A stretch of 64,000 nucleotides of DNA, from positions 119,278 to 183,277 of the IMG/VR virus record IMGVR_UViG_3300019487_000019; one strand, written 5' to 3'. The DNA is from a virus. Of the stretch, positions 9,376 through 19,211 are shown in pieces; the first letter of the stretch is position 1; every line of letters begins with the position of its first letter. The position numbers and the translations under genes were made by a program. The notes below the pieces were generated by a model, which ran no database searches, was not told where the DNA came from, and saw only the letters and a program-made list of their open reading frames with translations.

Positions 9376-9699
9376 TTAAACGAGGCCCTGATGCGATTCG
9401 TGATAAGAAGGCATCGCTTTGTGGAGGTGTTCAACAGCTCGTTTTAGGGTGGAAGCATCTGGGTTTGGAAAACATGAACGAACCATATTGACACCAAGCT
9501 GGAAATCGTCTGGATATTCAACTTCTGCTGGATGTTGGTGTGCATAACTAAGCATAGGGGCAACGTAGTTTCGAAACAATTTTCCTGCTTCACTCATTGG
9601 GTTCTTGACGTGATAGTCAATGGCATCGTGGACAAGTGTTGCAAGTTGCAGGTCCCATACAGGGTTGGATCGTTCCGTGAGAAAGCTGTTTAGACGCAT
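9376..9699 (-). CDS. hypothetical late protein with capsid-targeting-like N-terminus
   Basis: MRLNSFLTE start, GGAGG RBS, TAAATA promoter at 9718. Confidence 0.6.
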   Translation of the reverse strand: MRLNSFLTERSNPVWDLQLATLVHDAIDYHVKNPMSEAGKLFRNYVAPMLSYAHQHPAEVEYPDDFQLGVNMVRSCFPNPDASTLKRAVEHLHKAMPSYHESHQGLV

Positions 9700-9720
9700 G
9701 AATACATCCTCCAGACGTAT

Positions 9721-10020
9721 TTATGGCTTGAAAATCATAACCCCATTGCTTTCAACGATTATGTTAGATGAAGGAACAGGAAGCACTTCTGACCGTGTAA
9801 TTCCGTGATATGTAAACGTCATGTCCCAGTTGATACACTCTCGATATTCGGTTAGGAATGTTAGTGAACTAATATGGAGGGCAAAAAATGGGTCGCTAAT
9901 TCGTTTCGCAGTGTTGATCGACGTAGTCTTTGAACGTATTTCAACCTCCGTGACTTTCGGATTACGAAAGACATTTCGGTGGTCTGTACCTTCTGCAGTG
10001 TTCTTTAGTACTACCTTCAT
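9721..10020 (-). CDS. hypothetical protein
   Basis: ATGA overlap with the gp46 stop codon. Confidence 0.6.
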   Translation of the reverse strand: MKVVLKNTAEGTDHRNVFRNPKVTEVEIRSKTTSINTAKRISDPFFALHISSLTFLTEYRECINWDMTFTYHGITRSEVLPVPSSNIIVESNGVMIFKP

Positions 10021-11768
10021 ACTTCCTCCACAATATATGAGAATCCCTTGCTAAACTGGACTGTAAGAGTGTGGTCAAAGGCTCGGTCAATCTCATCTCT
10101 ATGTGATATGATATATAGCGACAATCCTTCGTCTCGTGCCTTTCTTTTTAGCAAACGAGCCGATGCTTGAACGCCAATCGTATCAAGACCATGATCCAAT
10201 ACTTCATCCAACATGCAAACATTGACTTTTTCATGTAGATTTTGAAGGACATCTTTGAAAGCTAATGCCAAACCAAAGTTGACACGTGCTTGTTGCCCGT
10301 TTGAGAGACCTCCAAAGGTCAGATCGCGACCAAATTGTGTGATTTTCGCCGACATTTCATGCGTAAATTCGACCTTATGTGGTAGGCCTAAAGTGGTCAG
10401 GTAGTGCTGTAAACGTGCATTTAGGAACGGTATATTCTTATTCAACAGTGTTTTGCGAACAAAGCTATCCTTTTTGGTCAGCAGTTTTAACAGGAATTGC
10501 TGGTGTTCGAGCAGTTTTGTTGCCTCATTTACATCTGCATAGTCGATCCTTTCGAATACAACAGCCTGTAGTTCTTCCAAAGGCTTGTGATGAGGATTCG
10601 GTGTCTGCTCTAGTTGTTCGATTTTGGTACGAATATTGGCGCTCTCTTGGCGTATTAGAAGCAATTCATCGAGATTATCAACAGTGATTTGCTTCTTTAC
10701 ATCCTTTATAGCATGTGTAAAATTCACTACTTGCTCATCAACTAGCTTCTTTTGATCAGCAAATGCTAGCATTTGATCCTCAAGTCCCGTGGCTTTCTTC
10801 TCATAGGTATCAACTTGATCGAGACCAGCAGCAAAATGTTGCTTACATCGGGGGCAAGTTTCACCCCGCAGGTGGATGATTTCATGCTGTGTGTCTTTGA
10901 GGTTGGTTGTTATTGTCCGAATATGTGCTGTCAATTCCCGTTGAGTATTCAACGTAGCATTTAATTGATCGTTCACGTCCTTTAGGTTCTGTTGTAAAGC
11001 ACGTTGCTCATCAAAGTTTACTGACTCAACACGCTTTAGCTTTGCTTTCAATCCCTTAATTGTGTCTTTATTTTGTGTAGCCCATGTGAGTAGGTGGCGG
11101 TGTAAGCCAGCAACTTGCTGAGCATGTCGCGTTTGTTCCTGTTCTTGAGCAGAAATCTTTGCTCGCTGAACGTCGATTCGCTTCTCGGTATCTTTGATCA
11201 GCTCTTTTAAAGTGAGGGCCTTCTGTGAAAGAGCTGTGAGCCCAAACAATTCTTCGATGATTGCTGTCTGTTCGGTTGTTTTCAAGTTCAAAAACGGTAA
11301 GTGAGACGCGGAGAACACAACAATACGAACGAATAGCTCGTAAGGCATTCCAATAATCTTGGCAATCAATGCATTTGCAGCATTGGCACTATCTGGTGTG
11401 ATGTCTTTTCCATCTTCAAAAACGTAGACCGTATTACCAGCCGCACCAGCTTTTGCTTTTCTTGTGCGTTGTATCCTGTACGTCTTCTTTCGAATCACAA
11501 ATTCAACAACAACTTCCATATTCTTTTTATTGATGTTGTTGACTAGATCGTCTTTGGCAAGGTCGGACACAGGCAAGTCATACACAGCATACGTTAGTGC
11601 GTTGATGATTGCACTCTTGCCGACACCATTTGAGCCTTTGCCTTCGGCTGTGTTGTCTAGATTTTCTCCAACAATGAGCGACGTTCCAGGTCGTTGCAAC
11701 TGAAAGAGCGTTGTATTGTTGCCGTACGACAGGAAGTTTCGAAATGTTAGTGTCTTGAACTCAATCAT
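10017..11768 (-). CDS. gp46: recombination ATPase gp46 (SbcC/Rad50-like)
   Basis: Start MIEFKTLTFRNFLSYGN; Walker A GSNGVGKS, hook CPRC, signature LSNGQ, MLDE, ISH. Confidence 0.95.
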   Translation of the reverse strand: MIEFKTLTFRNFLSYGNNTTLFQLQRPGTSLIVGENLDNTAEGKGSNGVGKSAIINALTYAVYDLPVSDLAKDDLVNNINKKNMEVVVEFVIRKKTYRIQRTRKAKAGAAGNTVYVFEDGKDITPDSANAANALIAKIIGMPYELFVRIVVFSASHLPFLNLKTTEQTAIIEELFGLTALSQKALTLKELIKDTEKRIDVQRAKISAQEQEQTRHAQQVAGLHRHLLTWATQNKDTIKGLKAKLKRVESVNFDEQRALQQNLKDVNDQLNATLNTQRELTAHIRTITTNLKDTQHEIIHLRGETCPRCKQHFAAGLDQVDTYEKKATGLEDQMLAFADQKKLVDEQVVNFTHAIKDVKKQITVDNLDELLLIRQESANIRTKIEQLEQTPNPHHKPLEELQAVVFERIDYADVNEATKLLEHQQFLLKLLTKKDSFVRKTLLNKNIPFLNARLQHYLTTLGLPHKVEFTHEMSAKITQFGRDLTFGGLSNGQQARVNFGLALAFKDVLQNLHEKVNVCMLDEVLDHGLDTIGVQASARLLKRKARDEGLSLYIISHRDEIDRAFDHTLTVQFSKGFSYIVEEV

Positions 11769-12219
11769 GCTCAGCTCGAATCTCGGCTCGCACTTCCATC
11801 CAGAGCGTGCCGAGCCTGTTTTGTCCTTTTTGGTCCTTGCCCCACCCCCAAAAATCATCTCGCCAGCTATCCTCAACAAGAATACGATCGCCCGTTTCGA
11901 GTAATTTTCGACGAACATATTCGTGTTGGTGGGCTTTTGCAAGGAGGATCTCACGCATGATGTCAATTTTCACAACATTCCAATCGTGTCGATAGTATGT
12001 TTTGTGTTTTTCGGCAATCTTGAAAGCTTCATGTGCAGAAATAGCTTTCAAAATTAACTCTTGGATGTGTGGATAGTTTGGAAATTTCTCCCAATGATAT
12101 GCAGCTTCGCTTGTATCAAATCTGTGGCCCTTCCACTGAAGTGTAAAGGCAGAAAAGTTTGATAGAACATAAAACTCTTGTTCATAAAAGAAAACGTGGG
12201 TATCTGTGTCGAGTTTCAT
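11761..12219 (-). CDS. NADAR (YbiA/DUF1768) family protein
   Basis: LSNFS, TSEAAYHWEKF, DWNVVKIDIMREILLAK, LLETGDRILVEDSWRDDFWG, GQNRLGTLWMEVR. Confidence 0.92.
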   Translation of the reverse strand: MKLDTDTHVFFYEQEFYVLSNFSAFTLQWKGHRFDTSEAAYHWEKFPNYPHIQELILKAISAHEAFKIAEKHKTYYRHDWNVVKIDIMREILLAKAHQHEYVRRKLLETGDRILVEDSWRDDFWGWGKDQKGQNRLGTLWMEVRAEIRAEHD

Positions 12220-13271
12220 GATTGTAGTTTCCTATATTGTTCCACAAGCATATCATTCTCAATGTGTTCGCTTTTGATCTCTTTTAACATTGCGACGACC
12301 AGTTCATCAACTGTATCAAGTTCGGTGTTTTCATTTACAACAACTGACGTTTCTGTATTAACAACCGCCTCGGCAATGTCCGCGGATTCCTCTGTAATGA
12401 ATTCACGCAGGTGATAATCCTCGATGAATTTGGCTCGAAGGTAAGTGCTTTCCTCGAATGAGATGGGTACGTCCATCACGCATCGTACCCTAGCTTCGGG
12501 TGTGATTACAACTGTCTTGTCAAGGACGTCTGTAAGCCGTGTCTTGATATATCGGGGGCATTCTTTCCAGTTCTTATACGTAATTTTTGCTGTCTCGTGG
12601 TCGTAGATCATCATACCGCGTTCCAAATCGCCAGCATCGCCGAAGTCCATTGGGAAGCAATTGCCCATGTAGACAATATTGTCTTGCGTTTGGCGTTTAT
12701 GGAAGTGTCCAGAAATGATATGTTTTGGCCCTTTGAAGTCCAGAGGATTTGGGCCGGTATTCATTTTGACATTGTACCCCGTGACGACAAATCCCTGGAA
12801 TTCAAAATGGCCAGCCCAGAATGGGACCTTCAAATACTCGGTAAGGGACGGGTATTCATCATGGAACATATACGGGCTGAAAAGAGCACCATCGCCAATC
12901 TCCGGCACGATAAGAGGCTGATCGATGATTTTGAAATTGTTGAATTCTTGAAAAGGAATGACCGAGTGAACCTCTCGAGTGTGGCGATGATATAGGTCGT
13001 GATTGCCAACACAAAAGAAAACCGGGAGACCAAGATTGTTAAGTTTCTTGGCTCCCTGATATGAGTAGTTTAGTGTTGCAATATTAAGGGCACTTCGATT
13101 TTCATTCCAGTCGCCCAGGAAAGCAACGTAGTCAATTGTTGTATCGGCCTTGACTTGTTCACAAAACCAATCAATGAACTTTAAACAGTCTTCATTGTGC
13201 AGTTGTGAGTTCGCTTTTTTCCCGAAGTGAATGTCGGTTGCGAAGCTGCCCTTACGCAGCTTTTTTGTCAT
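12216..13271 (-). CDS. gp47: recombination nuclease gp47 (SbcD/Mre11-like)
   Basis: TDIHFG, LGD, GNHD, GHF, SGHFH metallophosphoesterase motifs. Confidence 0.95.
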   Translation of the reverse strand: MTKKLRKGSFATDIHFGKKANSQLHNEDCLKFIDWFCEQVKADTTIDYVAFLGDWNENRSALNIATLNYSYQGAKKLNNLGLPVFFCVGNHDLYHRHTREVHSVIPFQEFNNFKIIDQPLIVPEIGDGALFSPYMFHDEYPSLTEYLKVPFWAGHFEFQGFVVTGYNVKMNTGPNPLDFKGPKHIISGHFHKRQTQDNIVYMGNCFPMDFGDAGDLERGMMIYDHETAKITYKNWKECPRYIKTRLTDVLDKTVVITPEARVRCVMDVPISFEESTYLRAKFIEDYHLREFITEESADIAEAVVNTETSVVVNENTELDTVDELVVAMLKEIKSEHIENDMLVEQYRKLQS

Positions 13272-13291
13272 TCTTCTTGATCTTCTTTTTC

Positions 13292-15166
13292 TTAGTACTG
13301 CAGTGGTTGATTATCATCTTCCGCAGGAGGGTTGTCAACGGTTGTCGCAGACGCAGGGGCCTTTGGTAATCGCTCGAGGGCATCTGCAATCTGTTTATTG
13401 AGGTGGAAATCATCATCTCCGTCGCGGCCTTCACCTTCACCATAACCATGAGAAGGATTGAGACCTTGATCAATGATGAGCAGATCTCGAATAACACGTT
13501 GTCGTTTCTCTTGGTTTAGATACTGAATGAAAGAGTGTTTGATGCACTGTGTAAAGAAAGCGAAAGCATTGCTACTTTTTGCAGGATCGAAACTGTTCCA
13601 TGTTCGAACAAGCATCATCATTGCATATCCCTGCATATCCTCGTTGTATGTATTCCCTGTGACGTAGATATACTTGCCACGCCGAGCGACAAAAGTACCA
13701 TACTCAGTCCGTGGGCACCATATCTGTCCGGTGTATTGCTCGGTGGGGAGGTTCGGTTTGTTGTTCCTACGACCGCCGGCTGCTTGCTTTCCACCGTGAA
13801 AGTCAATCCACTCCGCACGACATGTAGTTTTTGGTTCACTATAAATGTTCACGCTGAGTACATCACTAACACCACCACAGGGATTTTTTCTGCTAATGGG
13901 TGTTTTGTACGTCATTGGTGTAACAGAAACGGTCTGCCCCGCTAACGTACAGAGCATTAGGAATGCGTCAATATGTTCGGGGGACTTTTGGACGTATGAC
14001 ATCCCTCCTGATGGTCGTATCCACCCATCACCAGCCACCATAGTTTTGATAAGTAATAGTCGTTGTGTTTGAATAAGGTCTAAAAGAAATTCACATGCAG
14101 GTACACGGGACGGAGCAATTGTTTGATGTATTTTTGATATCCAGGTGCCTGTACAGTTAAAGAGAACAATCCCCTGATTGTTCAGATATTCCTTATGGGG
14201 AATAGCGAGTGATTGTAATAGTTGGCGGATTTGGTTAGCTTTGGCTCCCTGTTTTTGGGAAATTTGTATCGAGTGTCGCTTTTTAGAGTTAGTGCTGTAG
14301 TATCCTTCAGTAATGCACCACCCTACAAGCTCCACAACATTGTCGGAATAGATAATCCTACCATCTGCCACCGGTTGTCCCATTAAAACGATGTGTTCAT
14401 TGCAGATGATATCCTCAACGGGAATCAAACCACGTTCCATAGAAACAAACTTATGATTTGGTGTTACGAGAGCGTCAAGTCCTTGTGTTGAGAGTTTGTG
14501 CATTGTGTTTGAATAGTCGCTTCGAAAGACTTCAAGAACTTTTGACCATACGAGCTGTTGTGTTTCCAGACTATACGAAAGAATCTCATCGTCTGTTGTC
14601 ATTTGTTGATGTGTTTTCCAACCACTTTTTGTTAATGCTAGTGTGGCACCATCAACACAGTAATTAACGAAATTGCCCTTCTTTGCATACTTGGCACATA
14701 GCAACTGAAGCATTTGCGCTAGTTTGTTTGTCATCTGTTTATCTTTCTTGCTATGTTTGACTTCAGCAAGAAGGTCTCTATTGTTCAAGTAGATGTTTTT
14801 TGGAACTACTTGCGGTGGTCGTTCAAGAACAAGTTCAGGCGGTGGTGGAAGTGCTTTGACCTTTGGTCGAACCGGACCAGGAACCTTGTAAATGATTTCT
14901 TTGACTTTTTCAGGCTCCGCAGGAGTGTGTCGATTCAAAACTGCTGTCAGTTTTTTCCGTTCTTCGCGTCGCGCTTTACGTACAGCTCGTTTTTGCTCTT
15001 GCTTTTTACGATGGTAGTACGAGAGACCCTCTTGTTTTAGTTTTTGTTTTTTGGTGAGTTTGGGTTTACGTGGAGTAGCTGATTTTACGACACGCTTAAC
15101 GATAGTTTTCTTACTCTTTGCGGCTTTGACTTTCTTGGAACGGACCTTATTCTTCGTTTTTTTCAT
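13292..15166 (-). CDS. gp55: late-transcription sigma factor gp55 with intein and basic N-terminal extension
   Basis: YLNNRDLLAE, NFVNY|TYNEDM, FDPAKSSNAFAFFTQCIKHSFIQYLNQEKRQ; likely start ATG 15166. Confidence 0.9.
   Translation of the reverse strand: MKKTKNKVRSKKVKAAKSKKTIVKRVVKSATPRKPKLTKKQKLKQEGLSYYHRKKQEQKRAVRKARREERKKLTAVLNRHTPAEPEKVKEIIYKVPGPVRPKVKALPPPPELVLERPPQVVPKNIYLNNRDLLAEVKHSKKDKQMTNKLAQMLQLLCAKYAKKGNFVNYCVDGATLALTKSGWKTHQQMTTDDEILSYSLETQQLVWSKVLEVFRSDYSNTMHKLSTQGLDALVTPNHKFVSMERGLIPVEDIICNEHIVLMGQPVADGRIIYSDNVVELVGWCITEGYYSTNSKKRHSIQISQKQGAKANQIRQLLQSLAIPHKEYLNNQGIVLFNCTGTWISKIHQTIAPSRVPACEFLLDLIQTQRLLLIKTMVAGDGWIRPSGGMSYVQKSPEHIDAFLMLCTLAGQTVSVTPMTYKTPISRKNPCGGVSDVLSVNIYSEPKTTCRAEWIDFHGGKQAAGGRRNNKPNLPTEQYTGQIWCPRTEYGTFVARRGKYIYVTGNTYNEDMQGYAMMMLVRTWNSFDPAKSSNAFAFFTQCIKHSFIQYLNQEKRQRVIRDLLIIDQGLNPSHGYGEGEGRDGDDDFHLNKQIADALERLPKAPASATTVDNPPAEDDNQPLQY
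13652..14659 (-). mobile_element. 336-aa LAGLIDADG-type intein in gp55
   Basis: NFVNY|CVDGAT...VTPNHK...VGWCITEG...MVAGDG...IWCPRTEYGTFVARRGKYIYVTGN|TYNED. Confidence 0.92.
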
Positions 15167-15208
15167 CGAGAGCGCCCTTTTATTGTTGTTTTTGGTGGGG
15201 TTCCTTTT

Positions 15209-15236
15209 ATTATAGCAGGTTTTTTCCACCAGTCAA
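15209..15236 (-). promoter_or_regulatory. sigma70-like promoter for gp55-47-NADAR-46
   Basis: TTGACT-N16-TATAAT with extended TG. Confidence 0.75.
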
Positions 15237-15242
15237 CGCTGA

Positions 15243-15249
15243 ATAAATA
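15243..15249 (+). promoter_or_regulatory. late (gp55-type) promoter ATAAATA; representative of about 20 sites
   Basis: [ACG]TAAATA also at + 7462, 20703, 24692, 35779, 35795, 37854, 38106, 49484, 62204 and - 647, 1817, 5025, 7417, 9367, 9718, 40441, 40793, 55210, 57560, 60871, 61469, each shortly upstream of a gene start. Confidence 0.8.
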
Positions 15250-15279
15250 TTCAAGGAACGCTATTTAGGGAAAATAAGA

Positions 15280-16044
15280 ATGGCAAGCAACTTCAAGGTT
15301 CGATTAATCTCAGTACTCAACAACATCGCTTCGAGCGACGGACGCTTTACGCGGCAGGAAGTCGTGTTTGAAAACACGCCCGCTTTCTCTGAAAACGGTT
15401 CGGTTGAGTACACAGCTGTACAGCCTGTTCATATGCCCGGAGCAGTCCAAATCTATAAGAATACAGCTCCTCGAACGTTCTCGATTAACTCGAAGTTGAT
15501 TTCGCGCACTCGTTCCGAAGCAATGACAAACATGGTCAATGTTCAACTGTTGCGATCATGGCGATATCCGTTCTTTGGTCAGCAAAGTCGTACCTTTCAG
15601 GAAGGACAGATTACGCAAAACCAAAAGAAAGCTGTAGATGGCCAACTTCTGACGGCCGAAGACAAAATCAATGCTGCTCAATTAGAGGGGACGGAGATTA
15701 CAGACGTCCAACTCGCAGAAGTCAATACCCTGCGTATCAAAAGCGAATCAGGTGGATTTGAATTGCTTGGTGCACCGCCAGAAGTATTGTATTTGTATGC
15801 TTATTCGAGCCCCGACACCGATCGGGCACAAGTGGGTTGGGTAAACATCAATCGCATTCCGGTTGTTTTGACAAATCTAGATATTACCTTTCCTGAAGAC
15901 GTCGATTATCTTCCGAACGCATTTGGACAACCGTGGCCTGTGCGGATTGATGTGAATATTGCACTCGCGGAAACACACTCACCACGGGAATTTGAACAAT
16001 TCTCATTGATCAAATTCAAGACTGGCCAGCTTGACTTTTTCTAA
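15280..16044 (+). CDS. baseplate tail-tube initiator/cap-like protein
   Basis: First gene of the baseplate operon; GAPPEVLYL and IPVVLTNLDITFPEDVDY tube-initiator-like pattern. Confidence 0.6.
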   Translation: MASNFKVRLISVLNNIASSDGRFTRQEVVFENTPAFSENGSVEYTAVQPVHMPGAVQIYKNTAPRTFSINSKLISRTRSEAMTNMVNVQLLRSWRYPFFGQQSRTFQEGQITQNQKKAVDGQLLTAEDKINAAQLEGTEITDVQLAEVNTLRIKSESGGFELLGAPPEVLYLYAYSSPDTDRAQVGWVNINRIPVVLTNLDITFPEDVDYLPNAFGQPWPVRIDVNIALAETHSPREFEQFSLIKFKTGQLDFF

Positions 16045-16053
16045 GGATTGAAT

Positions 16054-16386
16054 ATGGCAACCAAAGCAAGAAGTGATGAGATTCGAAACGGACGGTATAT
16101 TCAGGGTGGGACGACAGAACAATTTCGTGAGCGATTGGGTTGGTGGGATCGTCGATTATTCTCGCGATCAGCCACCGATGTTCCGTTTAAGATTACTCCC
16201 CGATATGGTAAACGGCCTGACTTACTTGCGTATGATATGTATGGGCAGGTGAGTTTGGGATGGTTAATCCTCCAATATAACTACATTGTTGACATTAATG
16301 AGGAGTTTATTGAAGGAGTTTCGATTATTCTGCCCACCAGAGAGCGTGTCTTGACCGAATTCTTGACACGTCCGTTGGTTGTATGA
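16054..16386 (+). CDS. gp53: baseplate wedge protein gp53-like (LysM-like)
   Basis: RPDLLAYDMYGQVSLGWLILQYN motif. Confidence 0.8.
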   Translation: MATKARSDEIRNGRYIQGGTTEQFRERLGWWDRRLFSRSATDVPFKITPRYGKRPDLLAYDMYGQVSLGWLILQYNYIVDINEEFIEGVSIILPTRERVLTEFLTRPLVV

Positions 16387-16397
16387 TGGAGAGATAA

Positions 16398-19211
16398 ATG
16401 GCAGCAGAACCAAGAAAAGAAACATCTCAGCCGATACATGATCCAAAACAAAAGAGCGAAGCAGAGACGCCACCACCGTCAAAAACGGACCAGCCTCGTC
16501 AATTAACGGGTCGACGATCTGTTGACATCAATCGATTGTCTGATGCTCGCTCGTATAGCTATTATTTTGTGCTAGTGATGTGTAAAGATAGCGACACGGC
16601 CGAGGCCCTAGCGAAAGATAATACTGGTAGTATTTGGCGCCATCCTCTTGGTCCGGACGAAGCCGAAAAGTGGGGAGCGATGGGAAAGTATTCACCCCGA
16701 AAACTTACACTAGAGGGTGTTCCGTGTGAGTTTTGTGTATTGATTGATGGCTCGTCTGATGCAGATTTTGCCATTACCGATGTAAGGTGGCTATCTGCGA
16801 CGGCAGCGGAAGCGGTTCCGGGTGATGCAGGAACATCTGTTGCTGTGGAAGGTTCCGTGAAAGTTTCTGAGCCACGTGGTGTAATTTTTGTTGACCAGAT
16901 TGTCACGTGCACACAGGCTCTTAACGTTGACGCGTCAAGTGTCGTTTGGTTGTTAAAGCCGTTCTTTGTTGGATATGACAATAAAGGCTTGGGTCGAAAC
17001 AATCAAGACAGTGCCCTGTTCATCAACGACATTAAGCCTGTCATGTTTATCCCATACGACATCGCAGGTGTGTTTGCGGAAACAGGAGGCGTGTATGACA
17101 TGCAGTGGGTTGGCATGGCGAACGGTGCCACACGTATGCCACAATATTCTCGTGCGGCTGATGGTTTTACAGCAAAGGTGGGCCCAACCCTGAAGGCCGC
17201 GATGGCCAACATACAAACACAGATTACGAAGCGGTATGAGGAGTATTACCAGTGCTTTATTGGAAGATTGAAAGACGCGGGTCTGGATCAAAGCCGTTTT
17301 TTTACCGACCAAAACCAATATAAGAGGGTTGAGTACATTATCCTGCTTGATCCTGTTTACTGTAGCGATTTGTACCGAGTCAACGATACACCCCAGCAGG
17401 TCAAAGATAAAGGCGAATGCGAAGAAGCAGCAACACTCAAGCAGACAATTGGTGGTAGTCTTGAAAGCGCTATTCGCTCTGTTATGCAAATGTCGCCTCA
17501 AGTTAAGCTTGATATGACGGGTGCTGGACCCGACAAAGTTAAGTGGGAGTATAAGATTCATACATCGCTTCGCTCTATGCCGGACAAAAATCAAGTGATC
17601 TATTCCGTAAAACGTTTTGCCTCCCCAAAGGGGGGATTGATCGAATCTTTGGTGGGGGGAGCATCGAGGGGTGGACTCAGTGATGAAATCATTAGCAGGC
17701 ATTTGGTGATTTTTGATTATATCTACACGGGGTTGAACACGGACATTCTTGAATTTGATTTAAAGATGAATTTAGGCCTAGCATATTTGCAAACGGCAAC
17801 AAGCGCTAATTCATTTAAAGAACAACTGCAAAATATTGGTGCTCGTTCAACTCACATTGATCCGAATGGGTGGACGAATCCACAAACTCCCACTAATCCC
17901 GTTAAGTTTCCAGTCTACTTTGGATCACAAGCACAGGGGCGCGGAAATAATACTGATCACCCGGGAACAAATATTGGTGCAAGTTTTACAATGGCAAAGC
18001 ATGCCAGTTTGGAGGTTGCTGAGGCGACTGTAAAAATTCGTGGGAATACAGCATTCCTCGAAACAGCTAGCAATCTTTCAAATCCTGCTGTTTCGCTACG
18101 ATTTGTAGACGCAGTAGTTTTAAAGCCGGACGGTTCAAACGTTTGTGGTGCAACCAATTCGACAACAGAAACGCAATCAACCATTGGACCAATGTTGATG
18201 GGCGACTTTCCGCTCCTGGCAAAGATAAACATTAAGATGCCTCAGAAAAACGACGACTTGCAGGCATTTCGTGATCGAACAAGCTATGCGGCGAACTTTT
18301 GGTTTGAAGGGCATTACTACATCTATGGAATTGAGCATAACTTCACTGCTGGGGAATTTACGCAGACTCTTCAAATGATCGCGCTACCTGAGGCCAATAC
18401 GTATGACTTTTTGAAAAAGAACAAAGAGAAAGCAGTTGCTTTTACAGCAATGGTGAGCAAGTGTTACGATTTTGTTGAACCGTGCACGGAACCTGCAAAG
18501 GGCCAAGAGCCAACCGCTAAAAGCAACGCTGCGGGTGCGAAACCATGTCCGACCCCAGAAGAGAAAAAGAAACAAGCGAATAATAAGGACTGTCAGGATA
18601 AACCAAAGGTTGATCCACCACCAGCGGTGCAAACGCCCCAACCGCAACCAACACCACCGCCGCCTCCTCCTCAAAAACAACCGGCGACGAATGTGCCTTC
18701 GGACTGTCAAGATATTTTTGCACACGAGGGACCATTCCCACCAACGTTCCAATTGTCGCCAAATTATCAACTGAAGGACTTGACAACGAATACGCGTATT
18801 TCTGCTCCGAATTATGCTCTGAGGGCAGTAAATGGCCTTTCGGAAAAGGAAATCGTGTGCAACTTGCGGGCACTGTGTGTTAACATTGTCGAGCCGCTGC
18901 GCAACACTTACGGGGCCTCGTTGGTGATTAATTCTGCCTTCAGGAGTAATAGCAATTCACAACACGGTCTTGGGGAAGCAGTTGATGTCGCATTTACTAA
19001 CATAGAATCCAATTCAAGTGCAATGTTCGAACGCGCGAAAAAGGTTGTTGGAGAAGTACCATACGATCAATTCCTCTTAGAAAAGGACCGAACGTTTTGG
19101 CTCCACATTTCTTTTACGCGTGGTCAGAGTCGCATAAAGCAGATCAATAAAGTTGGAACAATTAATGTATCAAATAAGGGCGCCTTCCTTGTAGGACTTC
19201 ACCAAATATGA
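16398..19211 (+). CDS. baseplate hub-like protein with C-terminal M15A peptidase
   Basis: Hub-like body (VKIRGN, GHYYIYGIEHNFTAGEFTQTLQM), Pro-rich linker, then LSPNYQLKDL...SAFRS...SQHGLGEAVD...WLHIS. Confidence 0.75.
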   Translation: MAAEPRKETSQPIHDPKQKSEAETPPPSKTDQPRQLTGRRSVDINRLSDARSYSYYFVLVMCKDSDTAEALAKDNTGSIWRHPLGPDEAEKWGAMGKYSPRKLTLEGVPCEFCVLIDGSSDADFAITDVRWLSATAAEAVPGDAGTSVAVEGSVKVSEPRGVIFVDQIVTCTQALNVDASSVVWLLKPFFVGYDNKGLGRNNQDSALFINDIKPVMFIPYDIAGVFAETGGVYDMQWVGMANGATRMPQYSRAADGFTAKVGPTLKAAMANIQTQITKRYEEYYQCFIGRLKDAGLDQSRFFTDQNQYKRVEYIILLDPVYCSDLYRVNDTPQQVKDKGECEEAATLKQTIGGSLESAIRSVMQMSPQVKLDMTGAGPDKVKWEYKIHTSLRSMPDKNQVIYSVKRFASPKGGLIESLVGGASRGGLSDEIISRHLVIFDYIYTGLNTDILEFDLKMNLGLAYLQTATSANSFKEQLQNIGARSTHIDPNGWTNPQTPTNPVKFPVYFGSQAQGRGNNTDHPGTNIGASFTMAKHASLEVAEATVKIRGNTAFLETASNLSNPAVSLRFVDAVVLKPDGSNVCGATNSTTETQSTIGPMLMGDFPLLAKINIKMPQKNDDLQAFRDRTSYAANFWFEGHYYIYGIEHNFTAGEFTQTLQMIALPEANTYDFLKKNKEKAVAFTAMVSKCYDFVEPCTEPAKGQEPTAKSNAAGAKPCPTPEEKKKQANNKDCQDKPKVDPPPAVQTPQPQPTPPPPPPQKQPATNVPSDCQDIFAHEGPFPPTFQLSPNYQLKDLTTNTRISAPNYALRAVNGLSEKEIVCNLRALCVNIVEPLRNTYGASLVINSAFRSNSNSQHGLGEAVDVAFTNIESNSSAMFERAKKVVGEVPYDQFLLEKDRTFWLHISFTRGQSRIKQINKVGTINVSNKGAFLVGLHQI

